This document shows positions 61,363-64,000 of a DNA stretch of 64,000 nt, in pieces. The DNA comes from Pseudogymnoascus verrucosus. Lineage: Eukaryota. Under the pieces are notes generated by a model. It was not told where the DNA came from. It saw only the letters and a program-made list of their open reading frames with translations, and did not search any database. Position 1 is the stretch's first letter, and each line of letters begins with the position of its first letter. Position numbers and translations under genes: made by a program. Location of the stretch: assembly GCA_001662655.1 (NCBI GenBank), contig KV460227.1; one strand, written 5' to 3'.

Positions 61363-63584
61363 TGTGATAGGGATGGTGGTGAGGGTGAGGTGAGGTGAAG
61401 ATCACGAATCATCCGGGTCATACCTCGACTTTAATACTCCTTCTAGTCAGTCTACCCAGAACTGACTGACCAGACGGGGTGGAGTAACCTTGCACGGTAG
61501 GATATACTAGAGAGCTCAATGGACAATACTAAACCCCAGTACTCCAGTACTCGAGTATTGTCTTACCCCTCAATCCCCTCAATCCCCGCATACGAGTGGA
61601 TACACGTCAACTCTACTAACGGTAGGTAGAGTACTCTAGTAAAAAGTGTAAAAGGCCCGAAGATATTCCAAGGCCGGCTGGGAGCCAGAAGGGCCACCGT
61701 TCTCCGAGGCGTTCCGGTGTGCTTATGGAGGCTCATAGGGCTTATGCTTCGTACAATCTGCATGTTTCCAGCTTGATTCTCTCAGTGCCAAGAGCTCAAT
61801 CCTAGCTGATCATTTTGCCTGTGGCCTGAGAATAATATGTGACGGGCCGAATTTTAGGGATAACAAGGCCGTTGTTGGGGATGTATATGTATGTGTGCAT
61901 AAGATTGTATATTGTATTGTATGTGCATAATCTGTATATCTTCATCAGCATCATTTCTTCTTCATCTTCTTCACCTTCTTCATTTCCATCCATGGACGGC
62001 TCGGCCAAAAATTAGCAGTGATCTTAGCTTAGTGTAGCTCCCTGTGGCTTGTCGTCGGTTAGTGAAGCTCATGTCGCTATACCGAAAGAGAAAGTGCCGT
62101 GGTGGTATTTCGGCCATATCCCGCAGGAGACACTACAGCTAAATAGGAAATTCGCCGTAGTTTACCCCGCAAACAAACTTCCAACTTCCACAACTTACCA
62201 ACCTAGCCTCAGTTTAGCCGCTGTCGCCGATATCCCACAAATTTCTCCAATTCACATGTCTTACCGACCTTTTTATCTCTGCAGCTGTCAAGATGCAAAG
62301 AAATCTAGCTGTCTAGAGAACATGTCCCTAGGTTTGCAGGTCTGAGACTTGGCAGCTGCATAACTGACACATCTATAGACAAAGCCAGGCAAGGGCAAGC
62401 TCACTCATCAACATCACGGAATCACAGTGCGCCAACAACGCTGTCAGCCACTTGCCCCCCGCGCCTTCCGTTCGCCAAACGAAAATAAGATCGTCGCCAG
62501 CCTCCAACTTCCCCTCCTGCCCCAGGCAACTCCCCAACTCCACCCCCTGTCCCGTCCCCAAACGGCCCGAAAATATTCAAATTCGCCCGACGACAGGAAC
62601 TGGGCCCATCCAGGGACCCGTCTTCTGAGCCGTCCATGGAAAGAAAAAACGTTTCTCCGTCCACACGTACGTGCGTACCTGTCAGAGATCCCCCGTCTTA
62701 TTTCTAGGTTCGTCGAAATAGGGCCACGGGATCGACGAATAGGGCGCCTTACCGTCTAATGTCTATGTTGACGCTCCTTGCGTCGGCTGGTGGCCGAGGC
62801 ATCCGCGCCGCAGGTCGACCTCGTGTTTGTTACCCCTGCGCCACGAGGGTTGAGTCTCGCCGCGGTTCTGATGATGATGTCGTAGGCCCAGCTTTGTGGC
62901 TTCGCAGGTCTGCTAGTTGCCTGTGTGAAATTTCCCTGTCAATATCCACATTAGCACCGTAGACACCGAGAGTGAGTGAGTTTGTGGGTTTTTAATATTA
63001 CATGATCTTTTCGTTGAGGCTGAGCTTCAACCGTAAGGTTTATCCCTCGGTTCGCTTGAAGTCGGTCTCTGCAAATGCGAAAAGATATGTTGCAAGGCAC
63101 GTTCTTGTGCGGACCTAAATGTCCGAGGAAGCATCCGAGGGGTCGTGAAATTGTTGGAACTGCTCATCTATTCGTTACGAGCCTTACAGAGCAACTACAC
63201 GCGCAGATTAATACGGCGTGCACTATGCGCTGTAATTATTCGCTGTAATTATTACCCCCGGCATTTGGATCGACAACCAGCTTAGAAACTAACCAAAACC
63301 GAGAATCTCACCGCCTACAATCGTAAATATCATTTGTTTACCAAGCACGATCTAGCTACAACCTCGTCGTCGTCAGGGACATAGCCAATAGGTGATCTTA
63401 CGCCCATAAATTAATATATAACTTATGACCCCTACTTTTAAGAAAACAGACTTTATCATCATATCAATTTCTACCTTCTGTGACACTCATAATTTCCATC
63501 CTCAACAAGCCCATTGTGTAATTCGCTGGTAGTCACCCACCTGACTACTAATCCACTGACCTTGAGCTTTCAATAGATTCATAC

Positions 63585-63812
63585 TCAATAAGGTACGGTG
63601 AAAAATAAGCCAGTGGTCGTCGCAGCTTTATTCTTGTAGAAGCCAATGACAGACCACTCGCAAGCGGCGACAGAACATTTCCATGGTCGTTCATGGTGCT
63701 TGATATGCTTGTCTCGGTCTGACATCGACTTGAGACGACTATACGAACAAGAGGGATAAGTGAATTTGTAAAGACGAGATCCATAGTGCCGCGGCAGGGC
63801 AGCGGCACGCAT
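63585..63812 (-). pseudogene. Degenerate C2H2 zinc-finger-like fragment
   Basis: YKFTYPSC...DRDKHIKHHERPWKCSVAACEW resembles tandem C2H2 fingers with a HERPWKC linker. The first Cys position is Phe and no complete gene was seen. Confidence 0.35.
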
Positions 63813-64000
63813 TTGCTTTTGCAGCCGCCTGCCCCATGCTCGAATTTACCGCACAATAAAGCGTCGAAGCATCCGTAGACTGGCACTAGCTTTTGTGAAG
63901 TGGTCCCTCCATAAAATAATCAAGCGTATATCCACTGGACTAGGACGGGGTCAGTGCTTCAATAAGCTTCTTTGGCTTGTATGACATAGCTAGTTGGTTG

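Overview
Gene-dense window from a filamentous ascomycete (spliceosomal GT-AG introns with CTAAC-type branch points; gene style suggests a Leotiomycete such as Pseudogymnoascus, which is inference only). Two core-looking blocks flank an accessory-looking block. Left block (about 1-28 kb): PLP-dependent Moco-sulfurase-like enzyme, DUF7730-like protein, divergent Zn2Cys6 TF and MFS transporter, GH18 ENGase, GH131 glucanase, calcineurin A, Mmc1-like protein. Right block (about 50.7-64 kb): L-xylulose reductase, Rad9/Crb2-like BRCT protein, GH31 glucosidase. The middle block (about 28.4-50.2 kb) holds two modules. The first is a triad of a small protein, a CorA-like protein and a kinase-vWA fusion. 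The second is a ~13.9 kb cassette bounded by ~515 bp direct repeats, of which the left copy is RIP-like mutated. The cassette carries an ABCG half-transporter divergent from an intronless, bacterial-style KS-AT-DH-ER-KR-ACP-TE polyketide synthase, foldback hairpins in their shared promoter, and an orphan nitrate-transporter C-terminal fragment fused to a 15-bp minisatellite. No rRNA, tRNA, CRISPR or transposase/integrase gene was recognised. All calls come from manual motif reading; no database searches were run.
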